Assembly (NCBI RefSeq): GCF_001194135.2
Contig: NC_068998.1
Location: 16,841,579-16,903,274 of the forward strand
DNA length: 61,696 nucleotides
Direction: 5' to 3'
From: Octopus bimaculoides
Lineage: Eukaryota
The notes under the pieces were generated by a model. That model saw only the letters and a program-made list of their open reading frames with translations. It did no database searches and was not told the DNA's origin. Of the stretch, positions 13,731-27,315 are shown piece after piece. The position numbers were made by a program, and so were the translations under genes. Within the stretch, counting starts at the first letter, position 1. Each line of letters begins with the position of its first letter.

Positions 13731-15447
13731 TAAGAAGTTTCTTTCCCAATCACATAGTTCTGGCTTCAGATTACTCAAATATAATGCTTTTTTATTCACC
13801 TTGTTTTGAATTAATCATGCATTACCTTGTAGCTTTGATATTCTGCAGATGTGACTCATTTTTTTAATTTTCAAATGATATTGTTGGGTAGGTCTGAGAA
13901 GTTAGATCTAGTTGGTTTTGAACATAAGATAGGTATAATATTTGGGCTGGATATGACTGGTTTAAATGCTAAACTGTTAAAATCAACACAGTGAGAGTTC
14001 AAAATTAACAGCCAGAAAATCATTAACATAATGAAATTGTGAGAAACACTTAAACATGAGTATTGCACACCTGACATCCAAATTGCTATATTTTATAGAA
14101 TGGCTGTGTGTTTGCATGTGTCTGTATGTATGTATTTGTGGCTGAGGAGTTAAGGAGATTGCTTTGTAACCATGGAGTCTCAAGTTCAATCCTACTATAA
14201 AGCATATTGGACTAATGTCTTTTTCTGTAGTCTCAGTTTGACTTGAGTCTTTTGAGTGAAATTGAGGAAATGGAAACTGTGTGGAAACTTGTTGGATGGA
14301 GTATACTTGTAATTTAATGGGCTGGCCTTCTTATACACAGTCACATTGATTCTGCCTGTAGTGTTATGTTAAGTGCACATGCTGTCTGTGGAATACTCAG
14401 CTACTTATGCATTAATTCAATGATTAAGCCATTCCGTCGATTGAATGACTGAAACATTCATTATCAAAATCTATGGAGATGCATTAAATGTGTATATAGA
14501 TGTGTGTGTGTGTGTGTATAGATGTGTGTGTGTGTGTGTATGTAAGTGTGCAGATGTGTGTGTGTGTGTGTGCATGTAGGGATATATGTATGTCTTTATG
14601 TAGATATGTATGTGTATATGTGTGAATGTATGTATGTTCTTCTCTTTCTCTTTTTAATTTTAGAGTAAATTTTGACCAGCCCCCGACTTTGTAGCAAGGT
14701 TGTAAAGGAAAGAGTCTTCTTTTAACCATCATCCTTTAAATCTTTGGAAGGTTTCACAGATTTTTATAGTCCCAGATATCGTGATTATTTGTAGCATATG
14801 AATTAAGGATTTGCATTCTTTGTTAGATCCCAAGTTCAGCCATACTTTGCTCCAGGTATATATCCTGTTGCTTGCCATACCTAATAATAGGTGTGAAGCT
14901 GAAAGTGTATCTTGAGTACTGGATTTGCAAACTCCTTATCTATGGTCTATAAATGTTGTCTTTCTCTTGTATCTTTTTTACACAACCGTGTCCAAAGGGC
15001 AGCTGATTTCCGTAGCAGAACATGTTTTCTTTGTGGTGCCACACAATGATATCTGGATGGTTGTGTTTTAACTCGGTGACTTTTAATTTTTAAGTTCAAC
15101 CAATATTCTTTTGACCTGTCAGTCTCATTATGATCAGCTTCATTTGTAGGTATTTTGTTTGTTTGTTTGTTTGTTTGTATGTATGTAGGTAGGTAGGTAT
15201 TTATGTGTGTAGGTATATATGTGCGTAAATATGTATGTTAATATGTGTCTGTATGTGTGTGTGTGTGTGCATGCATGCTTGTGTGTGTTTGCATATATGT
15301 GTGTGTGTGTGCGTATGTATGTATGTATGTATATATATATATATATANNNNNNNNNNNNNNNNNNNNNNNNNNNNNNNNNNNNNNNNNNNNNNNNNNNNN
15401 NNNNNNNNNNNNNNNNNNNNNNNNNNNNNNNNNNNNNNNNNNNNNNN

Positions 15448-15488
<41 letters not shown>

Positions 15489-17844
15489 CATTTAGGGATA
15501 TGTGTGTGTATTTATTTTTATGTATATTTGTATGTGTGTATATGTACATGTGTGCATGTAATGTATACATGTATCCATGTCTCATTTATTAAAATATATT
15601 GTTTTTCTTTAGTTTTTTTTTTTTTGTTTACATTTCTCAACAAAACAAAAATTGAATTCCTTGTTGCACGCATTTAAGTCTTCTTGGTTTCTGTTTGTTG
15701 TGACAAGACTTTTTTTTTTTTGCATGTCATCATTCAACAACTATATAATTACAAAATGTCATTGATTTATAGCAAATTAATTAGCACCTCACTCTGCTTT
15801 AGCATTGTTTCTGTTAATTTCCAACAATTTCCATTTAGTTGATTTTTGTTTTCTCCAGTAATTCCTACTGATTCCATCTTGTTGCTTGATTGTCTATGAT
15901 TTTTATACGTAGTGTCTGATTTTGGATGTAATAATTCCACTGCTATGGTCAATTCCTGCTCACATTTAGATGGTCTGCAGTTTGAGACCAAGGCAGGGCA
16001 GCCTTTCATTTGTTTATTTATTTTTACTGGCTTGCAACAATGTAATCAGAAATATGTTAGTAATTTTTTTTCCCCATTTCTTTTTTAAAAGTAAGGCCAC
16101 TTTGCATAAAGCTTTTGATTTCACTGTATGTAAAAAAAATAATATTCTTTTTGCCCTCTTCGTTGAGGGATGTGTATATTCTGTTTGCTTTAAGAAAATT
16201 ACATGAAACTGCTATAATAATCAGGTTGTCAAATAACCTTTGTCTTTTGTCTTGAGTTTCATATGAAAATGTTTGTTTTTGTCTGTAATCTCTTGAGCTG
16301 TAAAGATAAAAGTTTAACAAAATAAAACTTGAATAATGCAACTTTACCAAAAACTGTTCCAGTTAGATACATGGAATAACTAAACAGTACTTACATATTT
16401 TTTATTGTAATTTAAAAAGAGTAATTTTTTAACAACATAAGGCAAGTTTTAATATTAGCTAATTTGAATTTCTTTTAAAAATATACAAGTAAATCTAGAT
16501 TTAATTTTTTTCCTTACAAACATATTTTTAAAAATATATGAAAAAAAGTTAAATTTTAAATAATTTTCAAACGAAATTTAAAAAATGCTTCAGAGCACTT
16601 AAAGATAAATGTTTGTAGAGTTTGTCTTATTTGAAATACTAAATAAATTATTTGGACTGTTTTTGTATTTTAGTCTAAAAGAGGCAGCATGGACACAACA
16701 TTTGATGTTGACTGGAACAATAAAGCCCCACCTGGAAACCAGCAAAAATTTTTGGTAATTGGCCGTAACGTTGAAGAGTGGTCAGCTTCTGTTGACCACT
16801 CTGGAGGAAGTGACGGAAATGATGACAACCTCTTTGGACATTCTCATCGAGGTATGGAAACTGCTATAGTTTGTTCAAGATTTCCTTATATATTCTTTGG
16901 AATTTTGATTGATAAATTGCTATTTTTTTTTTTTTAGTCCCTTTCAATCTTTATCAAGTAGACCAAAGGCATTCTAATTGTAACCATCGTTTTTCTTTTT
17001 AATATCAATGTCCAATGTGTCCTTCTTTTTTTAAGAGGATAGGGTGTCTTTGAGGTAGATTTGGTTGCTATTTCTAAAAGGTCAAGTAACAGCGAAAAGG
17101 CTCCTCCACTGTCTCAGATTTAAGGCATAGTCACAGTCTACAATCTGCCAATACTGACTAAGTGTTTTCTCTTTGATTCTACTTCTACATTTGTAATCGG
17201 TAAAACATACCATAATTTTTACCACACCAATAGGTCAGTGTAGTCACTGATTAGCATGTTTATATGACATCTAAAAAAAAAACCCAAACTATTCAACTAA
17301 AAGGTAAACCTTCACTTAGCAATATGCTACAAACAATATCTATACCAGAGATGGTAGACCTATAACACATATATCAGCAGTGACATACTATGGGTTTTTT
17401 AGGTGTTATACAATAAACTTTATAAGAAACAAAATCTCCCTGCAATATCATACTATAAAAAAGCAAGGTTATTACCAGTTCAAAAAATGCTTGGGGTGTA
17501 TTTGAACCCATAAGGTCATTCACTGTGTTTTGTCATGGAGAAAATTTCCTGCTGGAGAACAGTTGTTCTCAAACATTTTTTGTCTATGGATCCCCTTCAA
17601 TTCCTCTATTTTACTCTACTGATCCTCCATAACCATTCAATGTATATTTTTAAAATCCTACTGTATTTCTATAATTAAATATTATTAGGAATTGTATGTA
17701 AAAATGAATATATTTTGTGTATTGTAGAAGCATAGGCAATTTATTGCACATAAATTTTAATGACAAAATCTCATATGGACCCCGGTTGAGAACCACAACT
17801 ATAGAGGCTTACTTCTTGGGTTATTTGTTTGGCTGTGTGTATTT

Positions 17845-17899
<55 letters not shown>

Positions 17900-19580
17900 G
17901 GTATAGACTGTTACCTGTTCACTGACAGCAGTTTTCTTCATTCCAATACTTAACCCTTTTGATACCAACCTTCCTGAGACCACCCCCAGATTTTATGATA
18001 CAAAATTCCTGTTTTAAAGTGATCTAAATTAAAATCTACCATCAAAATTTGTTAATTTCTCTTCCAAACACCATCTTAACCCTTTAACATTCAGATTTCT
18101 TTGCCAAATGTATTACTTATTTATTCCCATTGTTTTGAATAAATCATACATTACACTGAAGTTTTGAGATTCCAGTGGTATGTTTGTATGTCTTTAGAAT
18201 AATGTTGCAGGGTAGGTGTGAGAGGTTGGATCTTGGCAGTTTTAACATAAAACAAGTGGAATTTTTGGGCTGGATATGATTAGATTAAATGCTAAAGGGT
18301 TTATTAACAAAGTTACTTTACTAAATTCTTCCTCATTTTCAAAATAAACTAAAACTATGGTTGATCTCAAGACACTGAGCCTTACAAAGGAGGTTAATGA
18401 GGACCAAGATGTCTGGTTCCTTGCTGTACTCAAGAAGACCTGCCCTGCTACAGCAAAATAGATACTGGTGCCAGAGCCACATAAAAAGTATTCATGCTAG
18501 TGCCACATTAAAAGCACTGGTGCTGGTGCCACATAGAAAGCACCTAGTACTCTCTGTGGAGTGGTTGGTGTTAGGAAGTGCATCCAGCTGTAGAAACCAT
18601 GTCAGAACACACAATGAAGCCTGGTGCAGCCTATGTCCTTACCAGCTCCAATCAAACCATCCACTCCATACCAGCATGGAAGACAGACAGTAAATGATGA
18701 TGAAAGGCAGTGTATTTCAACAAAAATATGGTAACAAAAGGGTCAATTACCTACACATTAGCTACTCACTAACAATCACCATCATACAGTGGCTACAGTC
18801 TCTCATACATTGATGTATCCAAAGAAACTGGTTGCAGTTTCTTCACACCAGGTAATATTTAAATACTCTCAGCCATTCCTATTCCATTTTTATTGGCAGG
18901 GAAAACATTCTTTTCACTAAATTTTCTTTTCTCTGCTGACTGTTATTAGTAAAGAAACCATGTTGCATAACAAAATTTGTCTTGTCTTTGACAATCTTAT
19001 GATCATTCTCAAGACAATTTCTTTTCTTTTTTTGTCTTTTACAGCAACACATCGAGAATTCCGGTTCCATCCATATGTTCCCAGTAGTTGCAACAGTAGC
19101 TTAGATAAAGGATCTGAGGGGTCCCCTACAGAGACAAAATATAATCTGTTTGCACCCCGGCAACGATTACTCTTATTACAGATCAATGACAAAAAGGTTG
19201 GTAAAAGTTTCCTTCAGAAATCTGCAACAATAATAACAACATAATACTCTTTCTAAATATGTCTGTGTCTGTTTGTCTGTCTGTCTGCACAGCGATAGCT
19301 ATGTGAGCTGTGGTTAAAAAGCTTGTTTTGCAGGGTCAGTTCCACTGCATGACACTTTGGACAAGTACCTTCTGCAATAGTCCCAGGCCAACCAATGCAT
19401 TGTAAGCAAATTTGTTTAAGCAAAACTGTGTGGAAGCCCATTATATGTATGTATATCTATATCTATCTATCTATATATATATATATTTGAGCCTGGTGTT
19501 GCCATCCGGTTTCACCAGTCCTCAGTCAAGTCGTCCAACCCATGCTAGCATGGAAAGCAGACGTTAAACGATGATGATGA

Positions 19581-19649
<69 letters not shown>

Positions 19650-20312
19650 TTTCTAAGTCTCTCTAAAGGAGACTACGGCAGCAGCTATTAATATATATAT
19701 ATATATATATATATATCATCATCTCCATCATCATTTAGCGTCAGCTTTCCATGTTGGCATGGGTTAGATGATTTGACTGGAACTGGTAGGCTGGACTACG
19801 CCAGATTCCAGTTTGATTTTCGTCAGGTTTCTACAGCTGGAAGCCATTCCTAACACTGACCACTTCAAGAGTGTACTAGGTGCCTTTTACATGTCACTGG
19901 TACCGCTCATAACTACGATTCCACTTGGCTTGACGAGTCTTCTCAAGCATGCAAGTTGCCAAAGGTCATGATCACTTGTCATTGTCTCCATGAGACCCAG
20001 TATTCGAAGATTATGCTTCACCATCTCATCCCATGTCTTCCCGAGTCTACCTCTTCTACAGTTCAAGATTAGCACTTCTTTACATATATATGTGTGTTTG
20101 TGTGTCTTTGTGCCTATGTTTGTCTCCCACTGCTTGGCAATCAGTGTTTGTTTGTTCATGTCCCTGTAACCTAGTAGTTCAGCAGAAGAGACTGATAGAT
20201 AAAGTGCCAGACTTAAAATATGAATACTGGGGTCGATTTGTTTGATTAAAACTCTTCAAGATACTCTTCCAGCAAGGCTGCGGTCCAACGACTGAAACAA
20301 GCAAAAGAAATG

Positions 20313-20353
<41 letters not shown>

Positions 20354-23300
20354 TATACACCTTATAGTATTGGCATTGAAGTATTGAAGTATCTTGTTTT
20401 GAAGGAAGACAGTGTACAGACAGATTGTCTGTATATTGTCCTTTATCTTTCTGTCTGTCTTCCTTTCTTTGTCTCTATCTTGGCTGTCTACCTCTTGTCC
20501 TTTCCACCTCTGTGTCTGTCTGTCTGTCTGTATGTCTCTTCACCTAAAAAAATCAGACCAGTCTAAATCTGTTTTTATGTATTTAATATACTTCCAGATG
20601 ACATTTTTTACATACAACATAGCAGCCGATATGACAGAATCTTTTAACAAGCTCCTGAAAAACATGGTCCACTGGCAGAATGCCCGAGCTCATGTATTGG
20701 ATTGTTTGGTCACCCAGAAAATGGGACTGTATCACCACCAATCTTTTGGTGATTCCCCTGCCTTAAAAGTGAGTATCTGAAGGATAGGAAAGTGTTATTG
20801 TTTTTTTTATTTTCTCATGGAAATTAAAACTTAGTCTATTAAGTTTTTATTTTAATTTCTTTCATAATTGTTAATTGGGTTTCTTTCAGTTTAGCAGCTT
20901 ACTGGGAAACTTCACAAATGCTGGTTGGACAAAAGAAGACTCCCTGTACACACTGTAAAGTGGTTGGCATTAGGAAGGACATCCAGCCATAGAAAACATG
21001 CCAAAGCTGACTGTTATTTGGTGCAGCCCTGTAGCTTGCTGGATCCTGTCAGACCATTCAATCCATGCCAGCATGGAAAAATGGGCGTTAAATGTTGATA
21101 ATGATATCTCAGTGAATTATTTTCTTATTCATTCTTTCTCACCACTTCTTAGTCAAGTTATTCTAATCCCATGGATCTCAATCTTTTTTTTTTTGACTAC
21201 ATAGCACACCGGTGATCAAATAAGAAAAAAATAGTAGATCACTTAGCATGGAATATTTTAAAATTAAAGACTTATGAAAGAAATATAGAAAACTATTGAC
21301 TGCTTTTGTTTATGATTAAAATATTTGTCATAAGACTCCAACATTATTATCATCATTTAACATCAATCTTCCATGTTAGCATGGGTTGGATGGTTTGACA
21401 GGAGCTGATAAGCCAGAGAGCTGCACTAAGGTTCCATTGTCTGCTTTAGCATGGTTTCTGCAGTTGGGTACCCTTCCTAATGCTAACCATTTTACAGTGT
21501 GTACTGAGTGCTTTTTATGTGGCACCAGCACTAGCAAGGTCACCAAGTAACTTGCAAGACAAAGACCCCTTGGCTGGGAGAGGGAGTCGTACTGCAGGAG
21601 ATGACTTTGTGCCAGTTGAAAGATTAAAGTATAATAGATGAAAAGAGGAGATACTTAACCACCCCATTTGGAAAAGAAAGGAGGATGGAGAGATAGAGTT
21701 AGGAATATAGAGAGACAGGCAGAGTGAGAGAGAGAAATAGATGATGTTGGAGATGTATTGGGACATACGCACATGAGGAGAACATAAGTGGTATGAATTT
21801 TCTAAACCCTTAGATTATATTTTTAAAAATTTGTGATGCACCAGTACTGTGCAGTACTGAGGCTCATAGTTTGAATACCATGGTTTTAATCTTCCAAATA
21901 TTCAGCTGATTGTCAAAAATTGTAAGTCATTTTGTTAACTGTAATACTATCATAAGATACAATCAAATCTTGGGAGAGGCATTATGCCGGTAATAAACAC
22001 ACGCACTGGTTCAGTCCTTTATTAATTTATATAGTTTTTTGTTAAATTATTTCATTGCACTCTTGCAATCTCTTCAGTAACTTGTCTCTCCACTTCCATT
22101 TATTTTGAAATAAATGGAAGTGGAGAGACAAGTTACTGAAGAGATTGCAAGAGTGCAATGAAATAATTTAACAAAAAACTATATAAATTAATAAAGGACT
22201 GAACCAGTGCGTGTGTTTATTACCGGCATAATGCCTCTCCCAAGATTTAATTGTATTTCTTTCAACACACGTATCCACATCAAGAATCTTGCACACGAAA
22301 TACACATACGAAATATCATAAGATGTTATCCTTCACATCTGTAATTGTTGCCTTCTATTCTGTACCATCAGCAAAATCCTTACACACAATCTAATATGGA
22401 TGTTGACCTACTCTTGATGAAAACACACCTGCCAAAAGATGGTCTGAAGCGGAACAACAGCAGCTTATCAGGAACTATGCCCTATCCCCAGATCACACGT
22501 CCATTCGATGAAATTTACCGCAATCTGAAACCTGCACACCCGTTGCAGAATTCTCCACGCAAATTTGATATTGTTCTACAACATGGTCAACAAGCTCAAG
22601 AAATCCGAACCAATTATGGCAGAGGTAAGAAATTTCTGGAATGTTCTTTGTTTTTTTTTTATTTATTTTTTAAAATTCTACTACTACACATAAATAGCCA
22701 CCACAAGGTCCAGTTCTTGTTGCATTGTGATAGCTTGTGTGCCTCAAAGATCCAGAGATATGCCAGCAGACCATAAGCTGGACAAGTGAAAGGAGAAAGG
22801 CCAGATTAATATGGATCACCACATCCTAGTCTTAAAAACGGGTTTGTGTAGGGTCAAAACCCCTACTTAGAAAGTGGTAAAGTTATAGAAGCATCAATGA
22901 CAATTCAAAACCAACAAGACTGAGAGGAAAGCCTTCCTTCAAGGAAACATATGATATGGGGCAGCAAATGCCAAAAGGAAACTGCAAGGAAAAGCAGGGA
23001 TCCAACTGGAGAGAAACAGAAAAGACAGCCCTAAATTGAAAAGAGTGGAGAAAAGTCACCAATGGCCTGTGTCCCATTGAGAGCAAAGGGCTTTAAAATA
23101 ATGTATATTATAGGTGCAGGCATGGCTGTGTGGTAAGAAGCTTGCTTCCCAACTACATGCTTCTGGGTTCAGTCCTACCGCATGGCACCTTGGGCAAGTG
23201 TCTTCTACTATAGCCTTGGGCCAGCTGAAGCCTTGTGAGTGGATTTGGTAGATGGTAACTGAAAGAAGCTTGTCATGTGTGTGTGTGTGTGTGTGTATAC

Positions 23301-26166
23301 TCGCATGTGTGTGTCTTTGTGTCTGTGTTTGTCCTCCACAACCACTTGACAAACAGTGTTGGTGAGTTTACAGATCCGTAACCTAGCAGTTTGACAAAAA
23401 AAGACTGATAAAATAAGTACTACCCTTCCATCTCCACAGACATTATCACAATTTTTGAATCATGGCCTGTAAAAGTAAATTATAGAAATGACTCAGTGTT
23501 GATTGTGATAAAAATGAAGGAAGATAGTTTGCTATTTGTACTATGTATTTTAATTCTGTTACTAAACCTTATAAATAAATTTATTGTCTTATATCCTTCA
23601 ACAGATATTGATAAAGTGTTCAAGCTGAAAGAATTACATGCTATGTGGTTTTCAAAGAACTGGGCACCAATATCAGTAAGATATCCTCTTGATTTACATT
23701 TTTTACCTTTTTTTAAGTTTTCTGCAAAGGATAGAATTCTCTTTGCTAAATTCATCTAACAAGAGTTTGTAAGAACCTATTGCTATATTGTAATATTTAC
23801 CAAACTATTTTTTTTTTTTGTTACTAGCAGTCTTTTAATGACTTTCAGATGAACAAACAAACAAACAAAAAGACATATTTTAAAGTAGTTTAAAAAATAG
23901 AGACTGTTTATTTGTATAGGAACAGGATTGGCTATGTGGTTAAGAAGCTTGTTTCCTAATTGTGTGGTCTTGGGTTCAGTTCCACTTCACAGCTTTTTGG
24001 ACAAGTGTCTTCTACTACAGCCTGGGCCAACTAAAGCTTTGTGAGTGGATTTGATATATAGAAAATGAAAGAAGCTCATTGTATGTGTGTGTGTGTGTGT
24101 GCATGTGTTTATCCCTGCCTAGACTTCATATAATGGTTTGAAAAGCATATCTAGCTAAGAGGAAATATTTGCTTGGAAACAGGTAAGAGCTGACAACGGG
24201 TTGTAGGGAATGTGTCTGAACACATACCGACTGATCTATGCAAGCATGGGAAATTGAAAGTTAGAATGATGACAATGTTTATGAATTAGGGCCTGTAATG
24301 AAATTTAAACATAGCACTGAATGTGCCAGAAAAATGTCCTATCTATAGAGTAAGAAAGAATATTGTTAATGTTGAATGTATAGTGTGTTTCTTCTTGGTA
24401 ATAAATGTCATCTGGAGGATGTCAAAATCTATAACTAGCAGGCGTAGTTAAATGAGAGAGAGAAGCTAAAATGTGTTTAACTGTGTGTCTAACATGGTGA
24501 GGTTAGTTTCTTCTATTTCAACAACGGAAACTTGTTGAGATGCGTACATCTTGTAAATATATCTAACTTCATTAGACATGGTTTGAACTGGTACTAGCTG
24601 AAACATCACCAAGTTTATATGTCCATTTTCCAAAATCTTAAACTTGTATGCAATTTTGGCCACTTATGAAGATTTTCTCATAGTATATCATTGTCATCAT
24701 CAACATTTCATTTTAATGTCCACTTTTTGATAATTGCATGGGTTAGAAGAAGTTTATTGAGGCAGGTTTTTCTATAGCTGGATGCCCTTCCTGTCTCTAA
24801 CCCTCTCCTGTTTCCAAGCAACGTAATGTTTACCCATGGCCAGACATGTTTTGCAGTATATTGGAAATGCATGTATGACAGTGACACTCATTTACAACTA
24901 CGTGCAATTTCATGACAAAGGGGCACAAATACACACACTCTCACACAGGGATGGACGGATGGACATACATATTATTATTATTATGCTCCTGTGCAGGTGG
25001 CACATAAAAAACACCATTTGAACATGGCCGTTGCCAGTACCGCCGGACTGGCCCTCATGCCAGTGGCACGTAAAAAGCACCCACTACACTCTCGGAGTGG
25101 TTGGCGTTAGGAAGGGCATCCAGCTGTTGAAACTCTGCCAAATCAGATTGGAGTCTGGTGTAGCCATCCGCTTCACCAGTCCTCAGTCAAATCGTCCAAC
25201 CCATGCTAGCATGGAAAGCGGACGTTAAATGATGATGATTATAATAATAATAATAATAATAATAATAGTAATATAAGAATGTTGGTAACAGTGACTTCAG
25301 AGTTTCAGCCAGTTAAGCCATCGTCTGATGATGGCTTAGCTTGCTGAAACTTCAAAGTCACAGTCAATAACATTCCTGGCTAAGAATAATAAATTTGTAC
25401 TCTACAAAAGTATTGAGTAACCCATCAGATTAATGTAAAATTGTTTTTATTATAACTGAACATAAAAACAAAACATTCACAATATATATATTTATATGAA
25501 AGGCTTCCTTCAATTTCCACCTACTAAATTCACTCACAAGGCCAGTCTGGTGCGATAGTAGAAGTCACCCAAGATGCATGTTGTGGGACTGAAACCAGAT
25601 CCATGTGGTTGGGAATCATTCTTCTTACCTCACAGCAACACCTGCACCTATTGTAGTTTATAAATAAACTGTCCCATGAACTTTTCACCACACAAATCTG
25701 ATTGTTATAAGGAAGTGGAAATGGCAACTCAAATAGTTACATATAAAAACAGAAATATCTCTGTCATGACTAGAAGCTTAGAAATGACATATTTATGTAG
25801 ACTCTCTTGATAAATGAAATGAAACAGAAGTTTCCTTGAATTTTGACTGGAATGTGTATTATCTTACAGGAGGACATAGTGCATTTGCTGAAACAGTCAA
25901 CACGGCTCTTGCACTATTGTGCCACACCACTGCTATTTTCTCCAGCTTGGCGTAAAGAAGTCCTCAGGAGAGTACCTTCCAAAAAACCAGAGCTAACATC
26001 AGCTTCATTTGTGCAAGAGAAAACTGAAACCAAAGCAGTGCGTTACCTCTGTTTTTTTTTTATTATTACTTTTTCTTTCATATTCTTTTTGTCTTGAAAT
26101 TTGTTTTATTTTATTGTTTATCTTTGAAATCTTCTGAAATGCTATTTGTTTGCACCCACCTCTATT

Positions 26167-26231
<65 letters not shown>

Positions 26232-27179
26232 GGGATCAGCAAATATGTTTAATTATGTTTAATTATGTTTATAAATGTATATGAACTTTTAAATAAGTTN
26301 NNNNNNNNNNNNNNNNNNNNNNNNNNNNNNNNNNNNNNNNNNNNNNNNNNNNNNNNNNNNNNNNNNNNNNNNNNNNNNNNNNNNNNNNNNNNNNNNNNNN
26401 NNNNNNNNNNNNNNNNNNNNNNNNNNNNNNNNNNNNNNNNNNNNNNNNNNNNNNNNNNNNNNNNNNNNNNNNNNNNNNNNNNNNNNNNNNNNNNNNNNNN
26501 NNNNNNNNNNNTATATAAAACAAATAATAAATGAGTATATGCATATATACGTACAGGTATGTGCATACCTACATCTACCTGTATATATAGGTGCATATCT
26601 GGGTACAGGACATTGCAAACAAAACGTAGACAAAAAAATAATAATAACCAGAGTACAGAAAACACACAGGCCACATAGAGAACATTTTCCTTCATCAGCT
26701 GCCACCATTCTAACACAGGCGTTTCGAAGAGTTAGGGCAGGACGCATCGTTAAAATGGCTCTTCTCACAGACCACAAACTAAATTTGTACCCACACATAT
26801 ATATATACATTGTGTGTGTGTGTGTGTGTGTAGAACAGATAAGAGAAATGATGTTTGTGTATGTATATTTTATATATGTGTTAATATTAATGTAACACCT
26901 ATTATATAACTAACAAGATTATGAAACAGCTGTAAATATATGGAATAAACATGTATCATTCACATCACTTCACTTATATTTTGATTTATATACATTTTTC
27001 TCCACCATTGTACCTCCTGGATTTTCAGAATGATGTTGAGGGTTACTCTAATCTCTGCTATAGTTGCTCACATATATATATCTATTTATGAAAAAGTTAT
27101 TTGATACAATAGTAGTATGTTAATAATTTATTTCAGCTGATCAAATAACCAGAATAATTATCCATGTATGCATGCATGC

Positions 27180-27212
<33 letters not shown>

Positions 27213-27276
27213 TGTATGTATGTATGTATGTATGTATGTATACATGCATGCATACACACACACACACTCACACACA

Positions 27277-27315
<39 letters not shown>

